DNA of 63,020 bases, counting the filler. It is 5 parts of 5 records of this genome, joined end to end, with 100 filler letters (N's around TTAATTAATTAA, not from the genome) between each part and the next. Parts side by side here need not be neighbours in the genome. Positions count along the whole stretch, not along the records: positions 8,171 to 21,671 come from SRR31156797_27487; positions 21,772 to 30,996 come from SRR31156797_27527; 3 more parts are not named here. One strand, given 5' to 3'. The translations under genes and the position numbers were made by a program. Below are positions 20,358 through 29,468 of the stretch, one piece after another. Position 1 is the stretch's first letter. Each line of letters opens with the position of its first letter. The notes under the pieces are model-generated. The model was given only the letters and a program-made list of their open reading frames with translations. It was not told the origin of the DNA and made no database searches.

Positions 20358-20454
20358 TGACTATTTAGTTAAAGGGTAGATTTTAGACAGGCAATCAATG
20401 ACTATTTAGTCAAAGCATAAAATATCAAAAAGTGGAAGCTTGACTATTTAGTCA
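20358..20454. repeat. Three phased copies of the palindrome TGACTA-TT-TAGTCA
   Basis: Copies at 20358-20371 (one mismatch), 20399-20412 and 20441-20454; start-to-start spacing 41 and 42 nt; in the divergent intergenic region. Confidence 0.8.
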
Positions 20455-20576
20455 TGGCTTGCTAGCAGAACTAATCTCTGTTCTTAAAGTTGCAATGCAA
20501 TTTACAACTCTAATAATGGCTATTGTGTATTGTATGTACTAACTTTATTAATAACGATAAAACTTATCCAATTCAT

Positions 20577-21659
20577 ATGAGATACTGTTTCTATCATAAA
20601 ATCCTTTTGTTGTATATGAGTTTAATGCTTCATCACATATGCGTGGGGCAACTATATACAGACAAGCCTCTTTTTGTATCCATGAATAGTGTAAATGGTA
20701 AGTTTCAGGTTCATACTAACAAGCTGCAATACTTTAATGGAGTTAAACCTTATGGTTTGGATGTGGAGATTGGAAGATGGTTGTTCTCCGAAAAGATGCA
20801 GGATAGCTATGGTATATACTCCAAGTGGGGTTTGCTTTTCAACTATACTGATTTTAATCACGAGGAATTAGGCTACACGCTGAACTCCATAATGTTCATT
20901 GAGCCACTTTTAAAAGCAAGAGGAAGATGGCGTTTTTCAGTAAAATTTGGAGCAGGAATAGCTTTTATGAGCAATCCTTATAGTCAATTCAGTAATTTGA
21001 AAAATCTTACTTATAGCACAAAACTTGCATTTCCTTTAGTTGGCAGTGCCAATGTTTATATGTTTTTAAATAAAAGACTTGGTTTTAAACTAAGCGGATC
21101 TTTTAGGCACATTTCCAATGGAGGAATCAAGGAGCCTAACCTGGGAATTAATTACCCTGTTTATGGTTTAGGAGTGGAATATTTACTTCAGGACTATAAG
21201 GTTCAACCATTGAATACCGGGAAGATTTATAGAGATAAAGAAAAGCGAATGGTATTACTAGTAGGATACTCGCAAAAGAGAGATACTATTTCTTCAAAAG
21301 TGCATAATATCATGAATTCAATGTTGAATAGAAGTTATCAAATGTCAAAAGCTATTGGTATTACAATGGGTGGATTATTGGAATTCGACCAAAATCAAGA
21401 AGAATTGAAGGAGCAATTAGGTATGGGAATTTACTTTGGGAATGAGTTTTTTATTAGTGATATACGGTTTGGTCAGCAATTGGGAGCTTATATAAAAAAA
21501 CGAAGTGATGCTCCTAATTTACTTTTTCAGAATTATTATCTAAGGTATTTATATAGGAAACGTTGGGTGTTTGGAGCAGATTTAAAGGCACATGGCATCG
21601 TGGCTGATCACCTTCTGATTCAGGTAGGATTTGTGATTTCAGTGACTAGTCCTAAATAA
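20577..21659 (+). CDS. Acyloxyacyl hydrolase / PagL-like outer-membrane beta-barrel protein
   Basis: FRHISNGGIKEPNLGIN matches the PagL-type HxSN...NxG catalytic motif; alternating beta-strand pattern. Confidence 0.75.
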   Translation: MRYCFYHKILLLYMSLMLHHICVGQLYTDKPLFVSMNSVNGKFQVHTNKLQYFNGVKPYGLDVEIGRWLFSEKMQDSYGIYSKWGLLFNYTDFNHEELGYTLNSIMFIEPLLKARGRWRFSVKFGAGIAFMSNPYSQFSNLKNLTYSTKLAFPLVGSANVYMFLNKRLGFKLSGSFRHISNGGIKEPNLGINYPVYGLGVEYLLQDYKVQPLNTGKIYRDKEKRMVLLVGYSQKRDTISSKVHNIMNSMLNRSYQMSKAIGITMGGLLEFDQNQEELKEQLGMGIYFGNEFFISDIRFGQQLGAYIKKRSDAPNLLFQNYYLRYLYRKRWVFGADLKAHGIVADHLLIQVGFVISVTSPK

Positions 21660-21671
21660 CCGTTACAGATT

Positions 21672-21771
21672 NNNNNNNNNNNNNNNNNNNNNNNNNNNNN
21701 NNNNNNNNNNNNNNNTTAATTAATTAANNNNNNNNNNNNNNNNNNNNNNNNNNNNNNNNNNNNNNNNNNNN
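21672..21771. other. Artificial contig linker
   Basis: N run with central TTAATTAATTAA. Confidence 0.99.
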
Positions 21772-22530
21772 CAAAGAGAAGATTTCGCTAACAGATTAAA
21801 AGCTAACAAACCTGTATCTTTAGTTGAATTCATGTACCCAATTCTTCAAGGTTATGATTCTGTAGCTATTGACGCTGATATAGAGTTAGGTGCAACTGAG
21901 CAGAAATTTAATTTATTAAGAGGAAGAGATTTACAGAAAAATGCTGGACAAGAGAGTCAAGTATGTATGATGACTCCTATATTAGTTGGATTAGATGGTG
22001 TAGAAAAAATGTCTAAATCATTAGGGAACTTCATTGGATTAACTGAAGCTCCAAATGATATGTTTGGTAAAGTAATGTCTATCTCAGATGAACTTATGTG
22101 GAACTACTATGAATTAGCTACTGAAGTTCCTATGGAAGAAGTAAAAGAGTTAAAAGAGGGAGTGGAGAGCGGAAAGTTACACCCAATGGATATTAAGAAA
22201 AGACTTGGTTCAGAAGTAGTAGCTCTTTACCACGGAAAAGAAGAAGGACAGAAAGCAAGAGAATGGTTTGAAACTGTATTCTCTAAAAGAAGTCTTGATG
22301 TAGATATGCCTGAAAAAGAGATGGCAGCTGAAGAGATAGGTGTAATTGATTTATTAGTAAAAGAGTTAGGGTTCTTCAAATCAACAAGTGATGCCAGAAG
22401 ATTAATCCAACAAGGTGGATTTAAGATAAATGATGAAGCATTAAAAGATGTAAGAGCTATGATTACACCGGAAAATGGAATGGTAGTTAGAGCCGGTAAA
22501 AAGAAAATGGTTAAGTTAATAGTTAAATAA
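21772..22530 (+). CDS. tyrS: Tyrosyl-tRNA synthetase, 5'-truncated by the contig edge
   Basis: Frame open from the contig start: EFMYPILQGYDS, KMSKS, C-terminal S4 domain. Confidence 0.95.
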   Translation, partial: QREDFANRLKANKPVSLVEFMYPILQGYDSVAIDADIELGATEQKFNLLRGRDLQKNAGQESQVCMMTPILVGLDGVEKMSKSLGNFIGLTEAPNDMFGKVMSISDELMWNYYELATEVPMEEVKELKEGVESGKLHPMDIKKRLGSEVVALYHGKEEGQKAREWFETVFSKRSLDVDMPEKEMAAEEIGVIDLLVKELGFFKSTSDARRLIQQGGFKINDEALKDVRAMITPENGMVVRAGKKKMVKLIVK

Positions 22531-22584
22531 GAGTAAAAAAAGATAAAGAGATCATATACCGATTGTTATAATCGATGAAATGAG

Positions 22585-22626
22585 AAAAAGCACTTAAAAG
22601 TCGGAGACTTTGAAAGTGCTTTTTTT
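22585..22626. terminator. Bidirectional rho-independent terminator
   Basis: AAAAAGCACTT..AAAGTC-GGA-GACTTT..AAGTGCTTTTTTT between convergent genes. Confidence 0.75.
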
Positions 22627-22653
22627 ATACTTATTAATATAAAATTGTAAACT

Positions 22654-23568
22654 TTAGAAATATTCAGGATAGATAATTTTTGCAATCTCTTGCATTGCAT
22701 CTATTAGTGAATGTGTGGGTCTCGAGACTTTCATTTCATCGATTACATAGATATTTCTATTTCTAACAGCTTTAATAGTTTTAAAACCAGGTGTGGTAAT
22801 TATATCTTTTTCTTTTCTTCTATTCATTACACCGTACTGTGAGATATAATAATCAATAGAATTTCCTTTTGTCATTAATAATTCTTTTTCTACAGGCGAG
22901 ATGAATGAACTGCCTGTTTTTGATTTAGCACCTTCAAATATATTGTTTACGCCAATATTTTCAAGTATGAAATATGACATAGCATTTTCAGAGCAAGTTG
23001 ACAGCCCTCTTTTGAACCTAGCTTCAAAGAATATTGTTTTCTTATTATCATTTGGTATAGAGTTTGCTTTATTACTTAAACTTGCTAAATCAGTTTTGAA
23101 TTTTGAAATATACTCCTCTGCTTCTTTTTCTTTTCCGGATAATTTTCCCAGAGCTCTCCAGTAATTATATAGATCACTACTATTTTGAGGTTGAAGTGAG
23201 ATAACTGTTATTCCGATTTTCTCCAGAGCTTTTATTAGATCAGCATATCTTGACTTGATCATAGGTCTAATTATTACTAAATCAGGTTTTGCTGCTATAA
23301 ATTTTTCGATATTATCTTTATAAGAAAATATTGGAATAGATTTAATCTCTTTTGAATTAACATAGCTTCCTTTAGATGTTCCAATAATTTGTTTTGTTGC
23401 TCCCAGCTCAATTAAAACTTCTGTATGAGCTGGATATAATGATAAGATACGATTAAATTTTTTATCAAATTTCAAAATTTTTCCATCATTCTCTTTTATT
23501 TCATATGAGAAGCTGGATTGTATTAAAAATATAAAAACTAAAAAATACACCGTGTAACTTTTTTTCAT
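22654..23568 (-). CDS. ABC substrate-binding protein, BtuF/FecB (cobalamin/iron-chelate) family
   Basis: RILSLYPAHTE, IAAKPDLVI, IKAVRNRNIY, SRPT motifs. Confidence 0.85.
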   Translation of the reverse strand: MKKSYTVYFLVFIFLIQSSFSYEIKENDGKILKFDKKFNRILSLYPAHTEVLIELGATKQIIGTSKGSYVNSKEIKSIPIFSYKDNIEKFIAAKPDLVIIRPMIKSRYADLIKALEKIGITVISLQPQNSSDLYNYWRALGKLSGKEKEAEEYISKFKTDLASLSNKANSIPNDNKKTIFFEARFKRGLSTCSENAMSYFILENIGVNNIFEGAKSKTGSSFISPVEKELLMTKGNSIDYYISQYGVMNRRKEKDIITTPGFKTIKAVRNRNIYVIDEMKVSRPTHSLIDAMQEIAKIIYPEYF

Positions 23569-23620
23569 TTACTCGAACTCCTTTTATCTAAAATCATCAA
23601 TCTATGCGCGAATTTAAAAT

Positions 23621-24385
23621 TTATAAATATGGTATTATAAATTTTTTATCCCCGTTAGTGATGACATTACTTTTAACATTAAAAACTTCCATTATAGTAT
23701 CCGGTGTTAAAATATCCTCTGTTTTTCCTTTTGCAGAAATTACACCGTTTTTTAGAAATACTACTTCATCACAGTATAGTGAAACAAGACTGAAATCATG
23801 AAAAACAGAGATAACAGTTAAATTATGACTCTTAACTCTTGTTTTGATTTTATTAAGGATTTCATGTGTATAGTAGGGGTCAAGATTTGACGTAGACTCA
23901 TCCAAAATTAAAATAGGTGTATCTTGGATTAATGCTTTCCCGATAATAACTCTTTGCCTCTCTCCTCCACTTAAATCAGTAATTGATTTCTCCAATAAAT
24001 CATGAAGTTTTAACTCGTCAATTACAGACTCTATTATATCCTTGTCATTAGAAATAGCTTTATGAAATTTCTCCTTGTGAGGATATCTCCCCATTTCAAG
24101 TATCTCACTAACAGTAAACTCAAATGAGACATTAAAATTTTGAGGAACATATGCAGCTGATTTAGCGAGATCTTTTTTGCTGTATGTTTTTAACTCTTTA
24201 TCTAAAACAGAGATTTCTCCTGAATCATTTTTGATAAAACCCAGTATCAGATCAAGCATAGTAGTCTTACCGCTTCCATTGGGACCAAGTATACCGTAAA
24301 ATTTTCCTTTTTCAAAATTAAGAGAGATATCCTTGATGATATCTTTATCATTAACGGAGTATTTAAGCTTATTTATTTTTATCAT
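23621..24385 (-). CDS. ABC ATP-binding protein, BtuD/FecE family
   Basis: GPNGSGKT, LSGGERQR, LILDE. Confidence 0.9.
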   Translation of the reverse strand: MIKINKLKYSVNDKDIIKDISLNFEKGKFYGILGPNGSGKTTMLDLILGFIKNDSGEISVLDKELKTYSKKDLAKSAAYVPQNFNVSFEFTVSEILEMGRYPHKEKFHKAISNDKDIIESVIDELKLHDLLEKSITDLSGGERQRVIIGKALIQDTPILILDESTSNLDPYYTHEILNKIKTRVKSHNLTVISVFHDFSLVSLYCDEVVFLKNGVISAKGKTEDILTPDTIMEVFNVKSNVITNGDKKFIIPYL

Positions 24386-25410
24386 GAAATTCTCCCTCCG
24401 TTACCTAATTTATTCCTGAAAATTAAAGTAAAAAATGGTGCTCCAAGTAGTGCTGTAATGATTCCAATAGGAATTTCATTTGGTAGAACAGCTCGAACTA
24501 TATTATCTGCAGAAGCCATTAAAATTGCTCCCCAAATCGTGCAAGAGAATATAAGTTTCTTATTATCAGTTCCAACAATAAAACGCATTGTATGTGGAAT
24601 GATAAGTCCTACGAATCCGATGATACCACATATTGAAACACAAACTGCTGAAAGAACTGAAGCTGTAATGAGCATAATTTTTCTGATTTTATTAGTTTCA
24701 ATACCCATTGATTGAGCGTTTTTTTCTCCAAGAGACATTATATTAAGCTCTTCAGCGTATAATTTAGTAATAATTACACCGATTATTAATATGATAAATA
24801 ATATCAAAAATTCTTTCCATGTTTTGTTAGTAAAAGAACCCATAAGCCAAAATACTATGGATGCAACTTCATCTCCCGCTAAGTATTTCATAAAACTTAG
24901 ACCTGCTGAAAAGAAGGCACCGGAAATAATACCGGCTAGTATTAAAGAAACAGAACTATATTTACCATTAAAAGAAGCTATTTTTAGTACTAATGCTAAG
25001 CATAGTAAAGCAAAAATAAACGCAAGAAGCTGTACTGTGATTCCACCGAAAAAAGTCAGATTAAGGATAATTCCCATAGCTGCACCAAATGAGGCTCCAG
25101 ATGAAATTCCGAGAGTATATGAATCAGCGAGTGGATTTAATAAAACTCCTTGAAAGATAAGCCCGCTTAAACTAAGTATGGCACCTGCAGTAGCAGAAAC
25201 TAAAATTCGTGGTAATCGAACCTCTCTGATTATATACCATTCGGTAGAGTCTATTAGTTCGGGATTGCTTTTAAAGATAATTTCAACTATTGATTTAAAA
25301 GGAATTTTGATATATCCCATTCCCGAATAAACTAAAATAATGAAAACGAGAATTATTGAGCCACTGAAAATCCAGCTGAAATATTTTTTATTCAATTGTT
25401 CTCCTTTCAT
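24382..25410 (-). CDS. ABC permease, BtuC/FecCD family
   Basis: VRLPRI, NPLADSYTLGISSGA, WLMGS, GIIGFVGLIIPH, EIPIGIITALLGAPFF. Confidence 0.9.
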   Translation of the reverse strand: MKGEQLNKKYFSWIFSGSIILVFIILVYSGMGYIKIPFKSIVEIIFKSNPELIDSTEWYIIREVRLPRILVSATAGAILSLSGLIFQGVLLNPLADSYTLGISSGASFGAAMGIILNLTFFGGITVQLLAFIFALLCLALVLKIASFNGKYSSVSLILAGIISGAFFSAGLSFMKYLAGDEVASIVFWLMGSFTNKTWKEFLILFIILIIGVIITKLYAEELNIMSLGEKNAQSMGIETNKIRKIMLITASVLSAVCVSICGIIGFVGLIIPHTMRFIVGTDNKKLIFSCTIWGAILMASADNIVRAVLPNEIPIGIITALLGAPFFTLIFRNKLGNGGRIS

Positions 25411-25611
25411 AAAAAATTATTAGACTTAATATTACTAAATATTTTATCATATTGCTGTAAAAATACCTTAAAAATATTTTGTCAAAATTTGTCTTATTTT
25501 GTTATGAATAATTATTTATAGTGATAATATGGATTAAAACTTGAAAAATAACTTGATTTTAATAAAAATAAAAGATAAAATTAGTTACAAAAATGTTTTA
25601 GGAGGATGCAT

Positions 25612-25935
25612 ATGAGTGATCATGCAAAAAAAACAGTTTCAAATTTTGGAGTAAATATATTATTAGCTATTAGTATAGGTTTAATGACTAAAAGAATGTC
25701 ATTAGGATTTTTTGTAATGGGAGCAGCACTAGTGTTATTAGCTCTATTATCAGTACTTGCAAAAGGAAAACAAATTGCATATGGAATAGAGGAAAAAGAT
25801 GATGACGAATTAAATGCTAGTCCAAAAGAATTTGCAATGATGCAATTATCATTTATTGCAATGGCTTTTGTGGATATAGCGATTGCTTTTATAGATAGTG
25901 ATTTAAAGCTACAGATTTTAGATTTTCTTGTATAG
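25612..25935 (+). CDS. Small membrane protein
   Basis: AGGAGG RBS at 25600-25605 favours ATG 25612; three hydrophobic segments. Confidence 0.7.
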   Translation: MSDHAKKTVSNFGVNILLAISIGLMTKRMSLGFFVMGAALVLLALLSVLAKGKQIAYGIEEKDDDELNASPKEFAMMQLSFIAMAFVDIAIAFIDSDLKLQILDFLV

Positions 25936-25970
25936 TTTATGCTTTATATACATAAAAGGGAGGGGTTAAT

Positions 25971-26300
25971 ATTAGTAAAATCAGAGAATTTTTAATAGGT
26001 TTCGTAGTTAACCTTGTAGTAGTTTTATTATTAAGTTTTAAATTTCCAATAGGTAGGGCATTTTATCATATGGGAATAGTTCTCCTATTTTTTTCACCAC
26101 TTAGTCTATCAACTGGTTTTGCTAGAAATCAACATACACTAGGTTTTGATAATACAAGAATGTTGACTGAAACAATTACAAAAAAAACACCAATACTTTT
26201 TGCACTTAGTTTATTAATTATATCAATAATTAATTTTGCACTGGGAAGTTTAATTGATTCAAATGTAAAAATGGATGTTCTTCAAACTTTAAATTTCTAA
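25971..26300 (+). CDS. Small membrane protein, probable paralogue of the upstream gene, apparent ATT start
   Basis: The 26070 ORF stays open upstream to ATT 25971, 5 nt after GGAGGGG; similar C-terminus (IDSNVKMDVL vs IDSDLKLQIL). Confidence 0.55.
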   Translation: MSKIREFLIGFVVNLVVVLLLSFKFPIGRAFYHMGIVLLFFSPLSLSTGFARNQHTLGFDNTRMLTETITKKTPILFALSLLIISIINFALGSLIDSNVKMDVLQTLNF

Positions 26301-26307
26301 AAAATTC

Positions 26308-26341
26308 AAAAAAAGCCTCGGATAAAATTTCCGAGGCTTTT
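26308..26341. terminator. Bidirectional terminator
   Basis: A7-GCCTCGGA-loop-TCCGAGGC-TTTT between convergent genes. Confidence 0.8.
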
Positions 26342-26358
26342 ATAGTATCTAATAAAAT

Positions 26359-26676
26359 TTATATATCAAACTCTAAACCTAGTAGCGGAGCATGTTGCTG
26401 AGCACCATATACATCAGTTTCACCAAGTTCACCTGATGAAATAGTTCTTACAATAGTTGATTTAATTGCTTTTGCAGGTTTAAATGCTATTACATTAATA
26501 ACCTTTTCAACTGGAATATTATAAAGTTTAGCAATAAGTTCTTCATTAATAACTCCGGCTTCACTTACTTTTTCAAACATATCCCAATCCTTGAAAATAA
26601 TATCAAATGTAAGTTCATAAGGTCCGGCATTTTTACTTCTGATAACTTCGGCAATATCTATTAATTTAACGTGCAT
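26359..26676 (-). CDS. DUF4387 family protein
   Basis: IRSKNAGPYELTFD and DVYGAQQHAPL motifs. Confidence 0.8.
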   Translation of the reverse strand: MHVKLIDIAEVIRSKNAGPYELTFDIIFKDWDMFEKVSEAGVINEELIAKLYNIPVEKVINVIAFKPAKAIKSTIVRTISSGELGETDVYGAQQHAPLLGLEFDI

Positions 26677-28046
26677 TATTTTCCCTCCTCTAATGACATA
26701 TAGTATTTGATAGGGAAAAGCTCAGTTGGTGAATCAACGTCTAAAATATGGTATAAGTTGAAAACATAAACTTCTCCAGCTTTGAAATCTGATGGTGAGA
26801 AAGGAAATGCCAGATTTCCTGCTGTTGCAACTCTACCGTCATAACCAAAGTGAAGCATAGTTGATCTGGCGAATCCACAAATTGTATTAGCGATCTCCTG
26901 AGTATCAGCTACAGCCTCAATAACTATTCCCAGTTCATGAGATCTTGTCTCTTTCACAGGTTCAAGCTCTCCCATAACTCCTCTCATACCATATACGATG
27001 AAGTTAAGATTGTATTTAAATCCCTGCTCTTTGAAATTATCCGCAACTCTATCTTCAACTTCTCTTTTGATATTTTCCATTTGAGAAATCATAATTTTAT
27101 CTCTAGTACCTGCAATTGAAACTGTTCTGTACCCTATTTTTTTAGAACCCTCTAATTTAACAGTATATTGCTCTGATGGAACAAATTTAGTTCCTGAAAT
27201 TTTAACAATATTTTCTGTTTCCTGTTCAAACTTTGTATTTGTAAGATCAAGATGTCCTCCCGGACCAGGTAAGATATATGGATTAGTTTTTTCATATAAA
27301 GTGTGTGCTGCAACGGAAAGAGTAGTACATTTTCTTATTGGATTAAGTGGTTCTAATTTGAAGTAATCTTCACCCATATATCCAAACATACAGTCACTTC
27401 CACTACCAGGGGTAGCTGCAATACTTGCACATTCAAGAATTTTACCCATGTGAAGTGCTAATCCTGCATCATAGCCCTCTTTGATAGGAAGAGCAGCAAA
27501 TACAGTTGGGTCATATGCTCTACCGCATAAAATGACCTGTGCTCCCTTATCCAGTGCTTCGATAATAGGTTCAACACCCATTTGTCCAACGATTCTTTCA
27601 GTAAGAGCTATATCCTCTGCATTAACTTGTTCAGCAGGTTCTAAAGGATTAATTTTACCTGCATTAAACCTTTCAGTAACAAATTCATTTGTTAACTCAG
27701 CTGAGATTGCAGCTGTTTTGAAATTAAGCTGTTTCTCTTTGGCTATTTCATCAACTATCTCCACACACCACTGAAGGTGTGAATCTGCACCAGAGCCTCC
27801 GCATGTACCGACTATTACAGGAATATTTTCTTTAACACCGGCTTCTATCATAATACTTAAATCTCTTTTAACTGCATTTCTATCAGTAAATGATTTTCCT
27901 GAACCTAAATAATATGGTCCCGGATCAGTTGAACCACCATCTACAGCTATTACATCAGGTTTTCTTTTCATTCCCTCTTCAAATGATTCCATTGGGAAAC
28001 CATATCCAAGTATAGCTGTTGGTGATAATACTTTTATCTCTTTCAT
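26676..28046 (-). CDS. AtuA-like (DUF1446) protein
   Basis: ILGYGFP, DGGSTDPGPYYLG, VGQMG, GRAYDP, GKILECA, HTLYEK; stop overlaps the DUF4387 start. Confidence 0.8.
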   Translation of the reverse strand: MKEIKVLSPTAILGYGFPMESFEEGMKRKPDVIAVDGGSTDPGPYYLGSGKSFTDRNAVKRDLSIMIEAGVKENIPVIVGTCGGSGADSHLQWCVEIVDEIAKEKQLNFKTAAISAELTNEFVTERFNAGKINPLEPAEQVNAEDIALTERIVGQMGVEPIIEALDKGAQVILCGRAYDPTVFAALPIKEGYDAGLALHMGKILECASIAATPGSGSDCMFGYMGEDYFKLEPLNPIRKCTTLSVAAHTLYEKTNPYILPGPGGHLDLTNTKFEQETENIVKISGTKFVPSEQYTVKLEGSKKIGYRTVSIAGTRDKIMISQMENIKREVEDRVADNFKEQGFKYNLNFIVYGMRGVMGELEPVKETRSHELGIVIEAVADTQEIANTICGFARSTMLHFGYDGRVATAGNLAFPFSPSDFKAGEVYVFNLYHILDVDSPTELFPIKYYMSLEEGK

Positions 28047-29294
28047 CTATTTTAACACCTCTCTTAGAGCTAATATTCTCTGCATCTCATTTTTAACAAT
28101 CATAAATCCTTCATCTACACCCATTCCAGGTTTTGCTAATATTTGATCAGGATTAGTAGCCATAGCCAAATGTACACAAACCTGTGCTGATCTGTCAGTT
28201 TCGTTACAAGTACCACCTTGGTATGCTCCGATACCTTTTTCTTTGCAGTAAAGTACAGCTTCTACAGTATTATTAACTCCACCTAAATCAGGAGTTTTGA
28301 TCTGTACCATATGCCCTGCTCTGTTATCTGCAAAGTATTTGATATCATCAAGAGTATTGCACCATTCATCAGCAACGATCTCAAGGTTAATTCCTTTTTC
28401 ATCTACTCTTCTTGTAAGTTCTTTAAGAGATTCCATCTGTTTAGTTCTTTCTTCCATATCAGTTGGTCCCTCAATTCTTATTTTAAGAGGTTTAGCTGCT
28501 TCAGCTAGTTTTTCAAAATATTCAATAATTTTATCATTATCATAATCGAATGCAACTCCAATAGTTCCGTAAACATCAATATGAATAACAGGCATGAAGT
28601 TGTTATCGGTTCTCACACTTTCAACTCTGTCTCTAAGCCATGAAACGTACTCTACAAGCTTTTCACCAGTTTCACCTAACTTTGCCCCGACATTATTGAT
28701 AAGTCCGTGAGGAAGCACGTCAGCACCTTTGATAATCATCTTATCAACGTTATTATATCTGTCATCACCGGATTGCATAAAGATAGGCAGACTTTCTGTT
28801 GCAGGAGTAGTATTGTACTCCTCTTGAACAACTTGAGTCATCAGTTTCTTTTTAGATTTTGCAACTGCGTCAAGTATAGCCTGAGTAATACCATATCTAA
28901 TAGCAGTGTGTAGAGCTTTACCAGTTTCTGGATTAATCATAGCGTCAAACTCTTCAGCAAGTTCTTTGAAACTATCAAGCTCTCTGCCAACTAATTTAGG
29001 TTTGATGTGTTTCATAATAACCGGAATATAGTCTTCAGCTAAAAATAGCGGATCTCTACCACCGGCACCTGAGTACTGAACAGCAGCACAATCTCCATAA
29101 GCTATTTGATTATCTTCTAAAATAATCATAATTGATATAGATTCTCCAGCCTGTCTAACAGCTGTGAATCCATCAGTAACAGGTAATCCCTTATATGTAG
29201 CACCATCAGCTACAGCGTTTTTTTTGATTGCTCTCTGGTCATCGAAGTAGAAACCAGTACGTCCGCTAGAGCATACTATATCTTTTATTTTCAT
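28047..29294 (-). CDS. mal: Methylaspartate ammonia-lyase
   Basis: FDDQRAIK, GDCAAVQYSGAGGRDPLF, HTAIRYG, VADEWCN, QIKTPDLGG, GGTCNETD, AKPGMGVDEG. Confidence 0.96.
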   Translation of the reverse strand: MKIKDIVCSSGRTGFYFDDQRAIKKNAVADGATYKGLPVTDGFTAVRQAGESISIMIILEDNQIAYGDCAAVQYSGAGGRDPLFLAEDYIPVIMKHIKPKLVGRELDSFKELAEEFDAMINPETGKALHTAIRYGITQAILDAVAKSKKKLMTQVVQEEYNTTPATESLPIFMQSGDDRYNNVDKMIIKGADVLPHGLINNVGAKLGETGEKLVEYVSWLRDRVESVRTDNNFMPVIHIDVYGTIGVAFDYDNDKIIEYFEKLAEAAKPLKIRIEGPTDMEERTKQMESLKELTRRVDEKGINLEIVADEWCNTLDDIKYFADNRAGHMVQIKTPDLGGVNNTVEAVLYCKEKGIGAYQGGTCNETDRSAQVCVHLAMATNPDQILAKPGMGVDEGFMIVKNEMQRILALREVLK

Positions 29295-29316
29295 GGGTTA
29301 TTCTCCTTTAAAAACC

Positions 29317-29453
29317 GTGCTGATTTCAGCACACCAAACAAGCCTTACGCTTGATCGGATTAAAGGGCGAGCCAGTGGCTAGCCCCTGATAAGGTTTTAA
29401 TTTTTATAGTTTGTGATTTTGAAAATTTTAATTAATTTGCAACGTGCCCCTAC
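29317..29453. repeat. Cluster of GC-rich intergenic hairpins, REP-like
   Basis: GTGCTGA-TT-TCAGCAC (29317-29332); CAAGC-CTTAC-GCTTG (29339-29353); GGGCGAGCCAGTGGCTAGCCC (29365-29385); minus-strand GTAGGGGCACGTTGC (29453-29439). Confidence 0.55.
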
Positions 29454-29468
29454 GATATAATAAATTAA

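Noticed and set aside
20358..20454. CRISPR mini-array
   Set aside because: The repeats are only 14 bp, there are three copies and no cas genes are present; an operator array fits better.
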